DNA of 64,000 nt from Clostridia bacterium (GCA_017620655.1 JAGAUT010000085.1:939-64938); one strand, 5' to 3'; numbered from the stretch's first letter, positions 1-8,555 are shown. Notes: generated from the sequence alone by a model not told the origin. Translations and numbers: made by a program.

Positions 1-1
1 C

Positions 2-358
2 CGTTTTGAAAACTGCAGCTTTGATACAAAGGACGCCTTTTGGCATGCAAAGAATGTATATGTAAAAAACTGCACCGTCAAAGGCGAATACCTTGCATGG
101 TACTGCGAAAACGTCACATTCGAAAACTGCACTATTATCGGCACACAGCCCCTTTGCTACTGCAAAAAACTAAAACTTATAAATTGCGAAATGCACGGAG
201 CTGATTTCGCCTTTGAAAAGAGCGAGGTCAACGCAACCGTCTCAACCCCCGTTATCAGCATCAAAAACCCTCTCAAAGGAAAAATCACAGTCCCCTCAGC
301 GGGTGAAATTATCATGGACGCCCCCTGGGCAAAGGGTAAAATTATTTTATCTGATTAA
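2..358 (+). CDS. DUF3737-like beta-helix protein, C-terminal fragment (5' end outside window)
   Basis: Frame is open from the window edge to TAA 356-358. Reiterated FENCSF/VKNCTV/FENCTI/LINCEM motifs resemble DUF3737 proteins. Family recalled from memory. Confidence 0.5.
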   Translation, partial: RFENCSFDTKDAFWHAKNVYVKNCTVKGEYLAWYCENVTFENCTIIGTQPLCYCKKLKLINCEMHGADFAFEKSEVNATVSTPVISIKNPLKGKITVPSAGEIIMDAPWAKGKIILSD

Positions 359-366
359 TAACGAAA

Positions 367-470
367 ATTCCCCGATGTCGGTGTTTGACATCGGGGAATA
401 GTTATTTACGCGATTGATATTGTTTGTTTGCAGAAACACTGCCCGCGAATTTTGCCCGCGGGTGCTACCC
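367..470 (+). repeat. family-X two-hairpin element, single copy
   Basis: Hairpin ATTCCCCGATGTC/GACATCGGGGAAT (367-399), spacer GTTATTTACGCGATTG..., then hairpin CCCGCG/CGCGGG (442-462). Aligns with 60726-60932 and with the reverse complement of 41885-41989. Confidence 0.75.
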
Positions 471-471
471 G

Positions 472-1161
472 CTACTGCTGGAGAAGCTCAAACTTGTAGC
501 CTACGCCCCATACAGTCTTGAGTGTCCACTTATCGGAAACGCCTTCAAGCTTTTCACGAAGTCTCTTTACGTGAACGTCAACGGTTCTGGAGTCGCCGAG
601 ATAGTCAAAGCCCCAAACCTTGTCGAGAAGCTGGTCACGTGTGAATACTCTGTTGTAGTTGGATGTGAGGAAGTAGAGAAGCTCAAGTTCCTTGGGAGGA
701 ATATCCACTGCCTTGCCTGCAAGCTTGAGTTCATACTTCTGAAGGCTGATTTCAAGGTTATCGAACTTGATAACTTCGCTGTCATCGTTATCATGACCGG
801 AATATCTTCTGAGCACCGCCTTTACACGGGCAGATACTTCCTTCATGTCAAAAGGCTTTGTGATGAAGTCGTCTGCGCCCAGTTCAAGACCGAGTACCTT
901 GTCAAAAACATCGCCCTTAGCTGTAACCATGATGATAGGCTTTGAAGACATTTCGCGGATTTCGCGGCAAACCTGCCAGCCGTCCTTTCTGGGCATCATA
1001 ATGTCAAGAAGTACAAGATCAGGTTCATAAATTTTGAAAGCAGACAGTGCCTTGATACCGTCATTGGCTGTTACGATTTCATAACCTTCATTTTCAAGAT
1101 AAAGCTTTAATAAGTCGCAGATATTTGTATCGTCATCTGCAATAAGAATTTTGAGTCCCAT
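472..1161 (-). CDS. OmpR/PhoB-family response regulator
   Basis: 229 aa. Receiver domain (ILIADDD, LLDIMMP, ITKPF) plus C-terminal winged helix (RVFTRDQLL...VDVHVKRLREKL). No histidine kinase is adjacent. Confidence 0.9.
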   Translation of the reverse strand: MGLKILIADDDTNICDLLKLYLENEGYEIVTANDGIKALSAFKIYEPDLVLLDIMMPRKDGWQVCREIREMSSKPIIMVTAKGDVFDKVLGLELGADDFITKPFDMKEVSARVKAVLRRYSGHDNDDSEVIKFDNLEISLQKYELKLAGKAVDIPPKELELLYFLTSNYNRVFTRDQLLDKVWGFDYLGDSRTVDVHVKRLREKLEGVSDKWTLKTVWGVGYKFELLQQ

Positions 1162-1305
1162 TTGTTAAACCTCCTGTAGTTTTATTGTCTAAGTTAAAAA
1201 AATATTCAACAAATTATCTCTTTATGTTAATTATATTCCAAAACTAATTGAACTTGTTTAACAAATAATGAACAAAATGGCACTTATCTTTTAACGGACA
1301 CTGAT

Positions 1306-1872
1306 TTAATCCTGAAAACTGCGTTCCATATAGAAATCCGCCACCAGATCCCCCAGTTCCATGGACTTTGAGGGTTGCTTGTTTGAGGAGTTTCCGACGG
1401 CAAAACCGATGGCAGACATAAGTGAATTTATCTTGCCCAGGGACGACGGAAGCTCAGCGGGAACTGAAAGTATCAGTGCCGAGCCGTAAATCGCGGCAAC
1501 ACTTCTTGACGGAAAGCATTTTCCCTTAGCTCCAGTCTCGGCATCAATGTATTCGTCCGCACAAAGCCTGTATGAAAAATACGGTAAATCCTTGTGGCTT
1601 ACCGATGCAATTATATCGGGAACGACGTCCCCTGCCCTGAAGCCGTCGCATCCCACCGCCACAACAACATCGTTGCAGGCAGACATGTGGCATATTCTGT
1701 CTCTTAAAAGCTTTATCTGTTTTGAGGGGGATATACAGGAATAGCATCCCCCTGTCATATATCCGTTTTCAGTAAAGTGCCGCATTAATCTTCCTGCACA
1801 GCAAATGGCACCCGACAATTCAAGGGCATTTTCACCCGTACACACAAATCCCACTTTAGGCAAATCTTTCAT
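1306..1872 (-). CDS. divergent MogA/MoaB-fold (molybdopterin-binding-like) protein
   Basis: Trimmed to ATG 1872, which follows GGGAGGA. VVVAVGCDGFRAGDVVPD aligns to the TTGGTGxxxRDVTPE motif, and ALILSVPAELPSS aligns to LIxNLPGxPK. The GGTG motif is degenerate. Confidence 0.4.
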   Translation of the reverse strand: MKDLPKVGFVCTGENALELSGAICCAGRLMRHFTENGYMTGGCYSCISPSKQIKLLRDRICHMSACNDVVVAVGCDGFRAGDVVPDIIASVSHKDLPYFSYRLCADEYIDAETGAKGKCFPSRSVAAIYGSALILSVPAELPSSLGKINSLMSAIGFAVGNSSNKQPSKSMELGDLVADFYMERSFQD

Positions 1873-1950
1873 TACAATTCCTCCCGTGATGTTTATATAA
1901 GAATTATAACGAAAGCCGTTTGACAAATACAAGGGAAATAAGTCGATAGA

Positions 1951-1979
1951 AAAAAAGGACGGCAGAACCGTCCTTTTTT
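1951..1979 (-). terminator. intrinsic terminator after membrane-protein gene
   Basis: GGACGG-CAGAA-CCGTCC stem extended by A6/T6 arms. The U-tract is present on the minus strand. Confidence 0.7.
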
Positions 1980-2379
1980 ATTCTTCTCCGTTCGAGGCAT
2001 TGTGATGTTTCTGTTTTTTACAGCACAGGATGCCTATTACAAGTGTTATTACGAATACAACAATCGCGCCCACGGGAGTAAATGCAGCGAGCCACACGGC
2101 AACACCTGCAGCTATGAGAACGACAGATATCGCAGAAAGCAAAAGTTTTCCGATAAATCCGCCTATCCATCCGAGAATTGCTCCAACCAAAACAATGAGA
2201 GTTCCTGGGATTAATACTATCGATACACCGATCATCGCAAGAGCAACGACGCCGAAAACGCCAGATGAACCGAAAATCAGAGCCAAAGCCAGTGCAATAA
2301 GAGAAACAAACGCCAGAACGCAGGGAAGTATGGTTGTCACTGCAAGAAAAATCAGCAGGACTTTGCAAATTTTTGCCAT
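1978..2379 (-). CDS. hypothetical small integral membrane protein
   Basis: 133 aa, almost entirely hydrophobic (about 4 TM segments) with a basic tail. AGGAGGTG RBS precedes the ATG. No family recognised. Confidence 0.6.
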   Translation of the reverse strand: MAKICKVLLIFLAVTTILPCVLAFVSLIALALALIFGSSGVFGVVALAMIGVSIVLIPGTLIVLVGAILGWIGGFIGKLLLSAISVVLIAAGVAVWLAAFTPVGAIVVFVITLVIGILCCKKQKHHNASNGEE

Positions 2380-2390
2380 AAAAGCACCTC

Positions 2391-2978
2391 CTATTTACTT
2401 GTGTTCGGGAAAACCTTTTCCCATTCGAGAACATTTCCTTTTAGATCTATTACAAATGCTTCTTTTGAAATCTTCGCAAGGGGCGCGTCGGATACGGAAT
2501 CGGAATAGAAATTATCAATCACGCCTTCGGGATAGGCTTCATAAAACCGTCTGACCTTTTCTTCGCCGTGGCAGTTTTCACCGTCATATTTACCCGTTTT
2601 TTTATCGACCTTACTCGCCATCATTTTTTCTACATTCAGTTTTTGGCAGATACCTTCGAGCAAAAATTCGGGGCTTGCAGAAATCACAACGTCGGTTTCC
2701 TTGTGTGTTTTTTTATACCAATCGAAAATTCCGTCGATATTCTTTTCCCAGAATTTTTCAACCGCAGCATCAACATCGGGAATGGCTGTCAGGAAGCGGT
2801 AGAATTTTTCTTTACACTGAGTCTTTGTGCCTTTTTTGAAGACATAGTATTTTGCAAAAGCACCTATCATAGACGGGATATGAAGCCATGTCTTTGGATA
2901 CTTCACAAGGCAGTATTTATAGAATTTTGCGGTGCTGTCACCATGGAATATTGTTTTATCAAAGTCAAAGACGTTCAT
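2391..2978 (-). CDS. HAD-superfamily (subfamily IB-like) hydrolase
   Basis: Trimmed to ATG 2978 with an AAGGAG RBS. MNVFDFDKTIF matches HAD motif I (DxDxT). The longer track ORF (to 3218) reads through repeat DNA. Confidence 0.7.
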   Translation of the reverse strand: MNVFDFDKTIFHGDSTAKFYKYCLVKYPKTWLHIPSMIGAFAKYYVFKKGTKTQCKEKFYRFLTAIPDVDAAVEKFWEKNIDGIFDWYKKTHKETDVVISASPEFLLEGICQKLNVEKMMASKVDKKTGKYDGENCHGEEKVRRFYEAYPEGVIDNFYSDSVSDAPLAKISKEAFVIDLKGNVLEWEKVFPNTSK

Positions 2979-2994
2979 AGAGGATGAGCTCCTT

Positions 2995-3425
2995 TTTTCT
3001 TTTTCGTTGGTTTTATAGAGTGCTAACGTTATGTAAAGGGAGTTCCGCACTCTGCGGAGTGCGTTTCCCGTCACTTTTCGTGACCGAAAAGTAACCAAAA
3101 GGTCCCGCTCAAAAGGAGAGATGGCTCGGTTGAGGTTATTTAGAGTACAAACCTGCTCGCCTTGACCACTGTAAGGGTCAAGGCTCAAATTCTGCCAAAC
3201 CCACCGCATTTTTCTCAACCTCCGCTGACCTCTCTCCTTCGCCGCGGCGGCTTACCTCTCACATTTGGTGTGGGTTCATGTTTGTGATGAGTTTGACCGC
3301 TTGCGTTTATGGCGGTCAAACGGAATTGCACTCGTGCAATTAACACCGATTAATATCCCAAAAGTGTTGGTGCTAAGTTCTTTCTTTTTTGCTTACTTTT
3401 TTCTTTTCGGAAAGAAAAAAGTAAG
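2995..3425 (-). repeat. mosaic block A: at least 6 hairpin modules incl. R-like (3073-3092), 3160-3183, 3291-3321, 3324-3341 and T hairpin 3392-3425
   Basis: Perfect 15-bp T hairpin CTTACTTTTTTCTTT/AAAGAAAAAAGTAAG. Other modules have homologues at 62436-62466 and 10275-10307. Confidence 0.75.
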
Positions 3426-5564
3426 TCAAAATCTCATTGTCAGAGAAATTCTCTTCTTTGCCGCATCGACTTCAAGGACTTTAACCTTGACGATATCACC
3501 GACGGAAAGAACTTCGCTGGGGTGTTTGATAAATTTGTTGCAAATCTGCGAGATGTGTACAAGACCGTCCTGATGTACGCCGATGTCAACAAACGCACCA
3601 AAGTCGATTACGTTTCTGACTGTACCCATGATTTCCATGCCGGGTGTAAGGTCGGAAATCTCCATGGCGGCACTTCTCATTATAGGTGCAGGCAGGTCGT
3701 CTCTGATATCTCTGCCCGGCTTTGCAAGTTCCTTTGCAATATCTATAAGTGTAGGAAGACCGACTGCACATTCTTCTGCCGCCTTTGCCTTGCCGTATTC
3801 TTCAAGTCGCTTTTCGATGTCGGCAAATTCCTTCGCCTTTTTGTCATAGCCGAGGATTTCTATAAGTTTCTTTGCCGCATCGTAGCTTTCGGGGTGTACG
3901 CCTGTGTTGTCAAAAACATTTTCGCTTTCGGGTACACGTAAAAAGCCTGCGCACTGTTCAAACGCCTTTTTGCCGAGCTTCGGCACTTTAAGAAGCTGTT
4001 TTCTGTCGGTATAAGAGCCGTTTTCTTCTCTGTAAGCTACAACATTCTGAGCCGTAGCAGAGTTGAGACCTGCCGCATATGAAAGAAGCGAGGGTGATGC
4101 GGTATTTACGTCAATACCAACCGAGTTTACACAGTCTTCTACCACGCCGTTTAAGGTTTCACCCAGCTTTTTCTGCGGCATATCGTGCTGATACTGACCG
4201 ACACCGATGCTCTTTGGGTCGATTTTTACAAGCTCTGCCATCGGGTCCTGAAGACGTCTTGCGATTGAAACAGCCGATCTTAGTGAAACGTCAAATTCGG
4301 GGAATTCCTTAGCCCCCAGTTCGGATGCAGAATATACCGAAGCACCTGCTTCGTTTACAACAATGTACTTTACATTTCCGCCGATTTCAGAAAGAAGCTC
4401 TGCAACAAAGTTTTCAGATTCACGGGATGCAGTGCCGTTACCTATGGAAATGTTTTCAATCTTATACTTTGAAATAAGGTTCTTTAAAACCTTCTTTGAT
4501 TCTTCAATTTTATTATGAGGCGGTGTGGGATAAATTACACCCGTATCAAGCACCTTTCCGTTACCGTCAACAACCGCAAGTTTACAGCCTGTTCTGTAGG
4601 CAGGGTCAAAACCGAGTGTAACCTTACCCTTGACAGGCGGCTGCATGATAAGAGGCTTTAAGTTGAGAGCAAAGTTCTTTATCGCACCGTCGGATGCAAA
4701 GTCAAAAAGATCATTTCTGATTTCTCTTTCAACCGAGGGGAATATGAGTCTGTCATATGCATCTTCGGCAGTTGCCGCAAGAAGCGAAAATGCCTTGGAC
4801 TTACCCGTGATAAGACGTGAGCAGATAATCTGAAGTGCATTTTCTCTGTTATATTCGATGCTCACTTTGAGGAATTCTTCGTTTTCACCTCTGTTCATGG
4901 CAAGAATCTGATGTCCCTGCACCTTCTTTATGGCAAAAGCGGCTTCGTAATAGTTTCTGTAAACCGAATCCTCTTCCTTTGCACCTCTTGAAATAATAGA
5001 TCCAAATTCGTTTATTGCCGCTTTGAGCATCTTTCGGATTTCGGCATCGTCCGAAACAATTTCAGCGATAATATCGCAGGCACCTGCAAGAGCATCTTCT
5101 GCCGTTTCAACGCCAAGGTCGCCATTTATATATTCTGCCGCAAGCTCCATGGGTTCCGGCATATCGGGACTTTGTGCAAGTAAGATTTCGGCAAGCGGTT
5201 CAAGCCCTTTTTCTTTTGCGATTGTAGCTCTTGTTCTTCTCTTTTGCTTATAGGGTCTATATAGGTCTTCAACCTCAGAAAGAGTCTTTGCGTTATCAAT
5301 GGCAAGGGCAAGTTCTTCTGTGAGTTTCCCCTGATTTTCAATGGAGTTTTTAACTTCTTCCATACGTGCCGAAAGATTCTGAAGATAGGTGAGTCTTTCT
5401 TCAAGCGTACGGAGTGTTGTATCGTCCATTGTGCCGTGCATTTCCTTACGGTATCTTGCAATAAACGGGATTGTGTTGCCGTCGGCAAGAAGGTCGATTA
5501 CATTCTGTATGTGATGCTCGGACTTTCCGAGTTCTTCCGATAAGATTTTTGCAAAACTTTCCAT
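3426..5564 (-). CDS. tex: Tex-like transcription accessory protein (YqgF/HhH/S1 domains)
   Basis: 712 aa. N-terminus NTIPFIARYRKE, and a C-terminal S1 domain (GTVRNVIDFGAFVDIG...GLVHISQ). Confidence 0.9.
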   Translation of the reverse strand: MESFAKILSEELGKSEHHIQNVIDLLADGNTIPFIARYRKEMHGTMDDTTLRTLEERLTYLQNLSARMEEVKNSIENQGKLTEELALAIDNAKTLSEVEDLYRPYKQKRRTRATIAKEKGLEPLAEILLAQSPDMPEPMELAAEYINGDLGVETAEDALAGACDIIAEIVSDDAEIRKMLKAAINEFGSIISRGAKEEDSVYRNYYEAAFAIKKVQGHQILAMNRGENEEFLKVSIEYNRENALQIICSRLITGKSKAFSLLAATAEDAYDRLIFPSVEREIRNDLFDFASDGAIKNFALNLKPLIMQPPVKGKVTLGFDPAYRTGCKLAVVDGNGKVLDTGVIYPTPPHNKIEESKKVLKNLISKYKIENISIGNGTASRESENFVAELLSEIGGNVKYIVVNEAGASVYSASELGAKEFPEFDVSLRSAVSIARRLQDPMAELVKIDPKSIGVGQYQHDMPQKKLGETLNGVVEDCVNSVGIDVNTASPSLLSYAAGLNSATAQNVVAYREENGSYTDRKQLLKVPKLGKKAFEQCAGFLRVPESENVFDNTGVHPESYDAAKKLIEILGYDKKAKEFADIEKRLEEYGKAKAAEECAVGLPTLIDIAKELAKPGRDIRDDLPAPIMRSAAMEISDLTPGMEIMGTVRNVIDFGAFVDIGVHQDGLVHISQICNKFIKHPSEVLSVGDIVKVKVLEVDAAKKRISLTMRF

Positions 5565-5643
5565 TTGTTTTCTCCTTTTGGCATTATGCTCTATACGGTA
5601 TTAATTATATCACAAAGTACCGCATACGTCAACTTCAAGATAC

Positions 5644-5670
5644 AAAAAACGCCCGAAAAGTCGGGCGTTT
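5644..5670 (-). terminator. intrinsic terminator after rpiB
   Basis: Hairpin CGCCCGA-AAAG-TCGGGCG flanked by A-run/T-run. Confidence 0.75.
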
Positions 5671-5679
5671 CTTAACTAT

Positions 5680-6129
5680 TTAGTTGTTTTCTTCAAGTGC
5701 CATAATCATATCGACACGTCTCTGATGTCTTCCACCTTCAAAGTCTGTTTCAACAAAGGCATCAACCATCATTTTTGCAGTTTCAATACCGATAACCCTT
5801 GCACCTAGGCAAAGAATGTTTGCATCGTTGTGCTGACGTGTCAGCTTTGCAGAGTAAACTTCACTGCACGCCGCCGCTCTGACACCTTTCACCTTGTTTG
5901 CCGCAAGGCTCATGCCGATACCTGTTCCGCAGATAAGAATACCGAGGCTTGCCTTATCGGCAACAACAGCCTTACCCACCTTTTCTGCATATATGGGATA
6001 GTCTACACTTTCAGGTGTATAGGGGCCGAGGTCTTCTACGTTATAGCCCTTATCATTAAGATAGCCGATAATGTCGTTCTTCATGTGAAGTGCCGCATGG
6101 TCGCAGCCGATGTATATTGTCTTTGACAT
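5680..6129 (-). CDS. rpiB: ribose-5-phosphate isomerase B
   Basis: 149 aa. IYIGCDHAA and ICGTGIGMSLAANKVKGVRAA are RpiB/LacAB signatures. Confidence 0.9.
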   Translation of the reverse strand: MSKTIYIGCDHAALHMKNDIIGYLNDKGYNVEDLGPYTPESVDYPIYAEKVGKAVVADKASLGILICGTGIGMSLAANKVKGVRAAACSEVYSAKLTRQHNDANILCLGARVIGIETAKMMVDAFVETDFEGGRHQRRVDMIMALEENN

Positions 6130-6146
6130 AACTCTACTCCTTGCAG

Positions 6147-6608
6147 TTAATCTTCATCTGTCGGGATGTCGTGATGGTGGTCATGGGCACTGCAGCTCTC
6201 ACAGCAGCCTGTGCAGATCTTTTCAAGCTCTGTTGTGTCCTTGCCTGTCTTCTTGTAGTAGTCAAGGATTGCCGCCTTTACTGCTTCTTCTGCAAGAACA
6301 GAGCAATGTACCTTTGCAGGAGGAAGTCCGTCAAGAGCTTCTACAACTGCCTTATTGGAAAGCTCAAGCGCTTCATCAACGCTCTTGCCTTTGATAAGCT
6401 CGGTTGCCATGGAAGATGTTGCAATTGCAGACGCACAGCCGAATGTCTGGAACTTTACGTCAACAATCACATCATTCTCTATCTTCATATAAATCTTCAT
6501 TATATCGCCGCACTTGGCGTTGCCTACTTCACCAACTGCATCAGCATTTTCAATTTCGCCGACGTTTCTGGGGTTTGTGAAGTGATCCATTACTTTTTCT
6601 GAATACAT
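6147..6608 (-). CDS. nifU: IscU/NifU-type Fe-S cluster scaffold with Cys/His-rich C-terminal tail
   Basis: 153 aa. All three scaffold cysteines are present (KCGD, GCASAIA, HCS). Extra tail CTGCCESCSAHDHHHD. Confidence 0.85.
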   Translation of the reverse strand: MYSEKVMDHFTNPRNVGEIENADAVGEVGNAKCGDIMKIYMKIENDVIVDVKFQTFGCASAIATSSMATELIKGKSVDEALELSNKAVVEALDGLPPAKVHCSVLAEEAVKAAILDYYKKTGKDTTELEKICTGCCESCSAHDHHHDIPTDED

Positions 6609-6825
6609 AATACGTTTCCTTTCCTGTTACTTTCTTAAGGAGAAAGTAACCAAAGACCTTTCAAGCCCAGCTCCTTTTCGCCAAACGCAAAAGTCCTTTG
6701 TTATATTCTCAATTGGAATTTGTTTTTGTATAGCACTTCTGGCAGTGCTGTTGCTCATTTTGCAAAGACTCCCCGAAATTCTTTCTTTTTTGCTTACTTT
6801 TTCTTTTCAGCAAAGAAAAAGTAAG
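6609..6825 (-). repeat. mosaic block B: R module (6626-6662) + T unit (~6715-6825)
   Basis: The R hairpin GTTACTTTCT/AGAAAGTAAC + CAAAGACCTTT matches 23801-23836 (reverse complement) over 23+11 nt. The T hairpin at 6793-6825 has a perfect 14-bp stem. Confidence 0.85.
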
Positions 6826-8019
6826 TTAATTCCTACCCAAAGGTGATATTTCACGGAGTCTGTTTACTACCTTTGTTACACACTCAACGATGTAATCAAC
6901 ATCAGCCTGTGTGGTTTCGTGGGAAAGTGTAAGTCTCAAAGAACCGTGTGCTATTTCATGGGGAAGCCCCATAGCAAGAAGCACATGTGAGGGTTCAAGC
7001 GACTTTGATGAACTAGCCGAGCCTGTTGATGCACAGATGCCCATCATGTCGAGCATAAGAAGCAGTGATTCGCCTTCGATATATTCAAATGTAAAGCTTG
7101 CAGTACCGGGAAGTCTCTTTGTGGGATGACCTGTAAGACGGGAGTTGGGAAGCTCGAGAAGACGTCTGATAAGGTCGTCTCTGAGAACAGCAAGGCGCGC
7201 ATTATCGTCCTGCATTTCTTCGTTTGCAATTTCGAGTGCCCTTGCCATACCGACAATACCGGGCATATTTTCAGTGCCGCCTCTTTTGCCCTTTTCCTGA
7301 CCGCCGCCCTCAATAAGAGCCTTACATACAACGCCGCTCTTGATATAAAGACCGCCCACGCCCTTGGGTGCACGGAACTTGTGTCCCGAAAAAGCAAGCA
7401 TATCAACGCCGAGATCGTGTGCGTTTACGGGAATATGACCTACAGCCTGTACCGCGTCTGTGAAAACAACAACCTTAGGATTCTTTTCCTTTACTCTCTT
7501 TGTGATTTCCTTAATAGGCTCAATTGTGCCGACTTCGTTATTTGCCATCATGATTGCAACAAGCGCCGTATCATCTCTCATTGCCGCCACAACATCATCG
7601 GGATTTACGGTTGCATTTTCGTCAACACCCACATATGTTACATCAATACCCTTCTTTTCAAGAGCCTTACATGTATGCATTACTGCGTGATGCTCAACCT
7701 TTGATGTTATAATATGGCATTTATCTGTCTTATTTCTTTCAAGATAGTTCTGAACTGCACCCTTGATAGCCCAGTTGTCGGACTCAGAACCGCAACCTGT
7801 AAAATATATTTCTTTGGCGTCGCATCCGAGAACGGAAGCAACCTTTTCTCTTGCCGAGTCAATATACTGCTTTGCCTCTCTTCCCTTCTGATGAAGGCTG
7901 GAGGGGTTGCCCGATACTTCGCCGAGAAGCGGAAGCATTGCCGCAAGCACCTTGGGATGCACCGAGGTTGTCGCCGCATTGTCGGCATATACAAATTTCT
8001 TATCGTGATCGTGAGACAT
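6826..8019 (-). CDS. nifS: class-V aminotransferase-fold cysteine desulfurase homologue (NifS/IscS type) with non-canonical active-site loop
   Basis: 397 aa. PLP lysine motif FSGHKF and C-terminal LEPSHVLLAMGL..EIAHGSLRL are present. The loop reads GICASTGSASSS instead of SSGSAC(T/S)S. Confidence 0.8.
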   Translation of the reverse strand: MSHDHDKKFVYADNAATTSVHPKVLAAMLPLLGEVSGNPSSLHQKGREAKQYIDSAREKVASVLGCDAKEIYFTGCGSESDNWAIKGAVQNYLERNKTDKCHIITSKVEHHAVMHTCKALEKKGIDVTYVGVDENATVNPDDVVAAMRDDTALVAIMMANNEVGTIEPIKEITKRVKEKNPKVVVFTDAVQAVGHIPVNAHDLGVDMLAFSGHKFRAPKGVGGLYIKSGVVCKALIEGGGQEKGKRGGTENMPGIVGMARALEIANEEMQDDNARLAVLRDDLIRRLLELPNSRLTGHPTKRLPGTASFTFEYIEGESLLLMLDMMGICASTGSASSSKSLEPSHVLLAMGLPHEIAHGSLRLTLSHETTQADVDYIVECVTKVVNRLREISPLGRN

Positions 8020-8218
8020 TTTTATTCTCTCCTGTATTTTAAACCAATAACATGTTTATATTTATCTATGTCAAGACAAGGTGTTTTTTCGGTTTCGGGA
8101 AGTGACACCCCTACTTACGCACCCTGTTCGGATACACAAAGTTATCATAAAAAAGTAAAACGGGAATACTATCCGAGTCTTTCTCGCATAACATTCCCGA
8201 TGTTCTTTACTTCAAAGC

Positions 8219-8443
8219 TTAAATCTTCTTTTCGATGAAATCAGCAACGTCAGCAATAGTTTTAAGTGTTACTGCCTCCTCATCCGAAACTGTAATACCG
8301 AAGTTTTCTTCAATAGCCATAAGCATTTCAACGATGTCAAGCGAATCAGCACCGAGATCTTCTACGATATTTGTGTCGGGGGAAAGGGTATTTACATCGA
8401 TTCTAAGCTGCTTTGCAAGCAGGTCCATAATCTTTTCAAGCAT
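8219..8443 (-). CDS. acpP: acyl carrier protein
   Basis: 74 aa with the phosphopantetheine site LGADSLDIVE. Not next to fab genes. Confidence 0.85.
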   Translation of the reverse strand: MLEKIMDLLAKQLRIDVNTLSPDTNIVEDLGADSLDIVEMLMAIEENFGITVSDEEAVTLKTIADVADFIEKKI

Positions 8444-8526
8444 GTAAGTCTAACCTCCATTCTCAAACTGTTGTAGTATTATTATAGGCAAATGTCATAC
8501 ATTTACGACATTCCATATCGTTTACC

Positions 8527-8555
8527 ATTATATTCAAAATGAGGTCTCTTGTCAA
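8527..8555 (-). promoter_or_regulatory. SigA-type promoter of acpP
   Basis: TTGACA (8555-8550), a 17-nt spacer, then TATAAT (8532-8527) on the minus strand. Confidence 0.5.

Noticed and set aside
1300-1313. 14-nt identity ACTGATTTAATCCT with 42021-42034
   Set aside because: Several exact 14-mer matches are expected by chance in 64 kb on two strands, and the flanks do not align.
3392-3425. T hairpins as ordinary Rho-independent terminators
   Set aside because: In the transcribed (minus) sense each is followed by an A-rich rather than a U-rich tract. In two cases (tex-HAD, nifS-nifU) a co-oriented gene follows with no intervening promoter that I could see.
2979-3573. N-terminal extension of the HAD ORF (to 3218) and the 102-aa ORF 3265-3573
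   Set aside because: Both read through hairpin-repeat DNA. The HAD protein has a proper RBS and DxDxT motif starting at 2978. The same applies to ORFs 11132-11425 and 60678-60890, which translate repeat elements.
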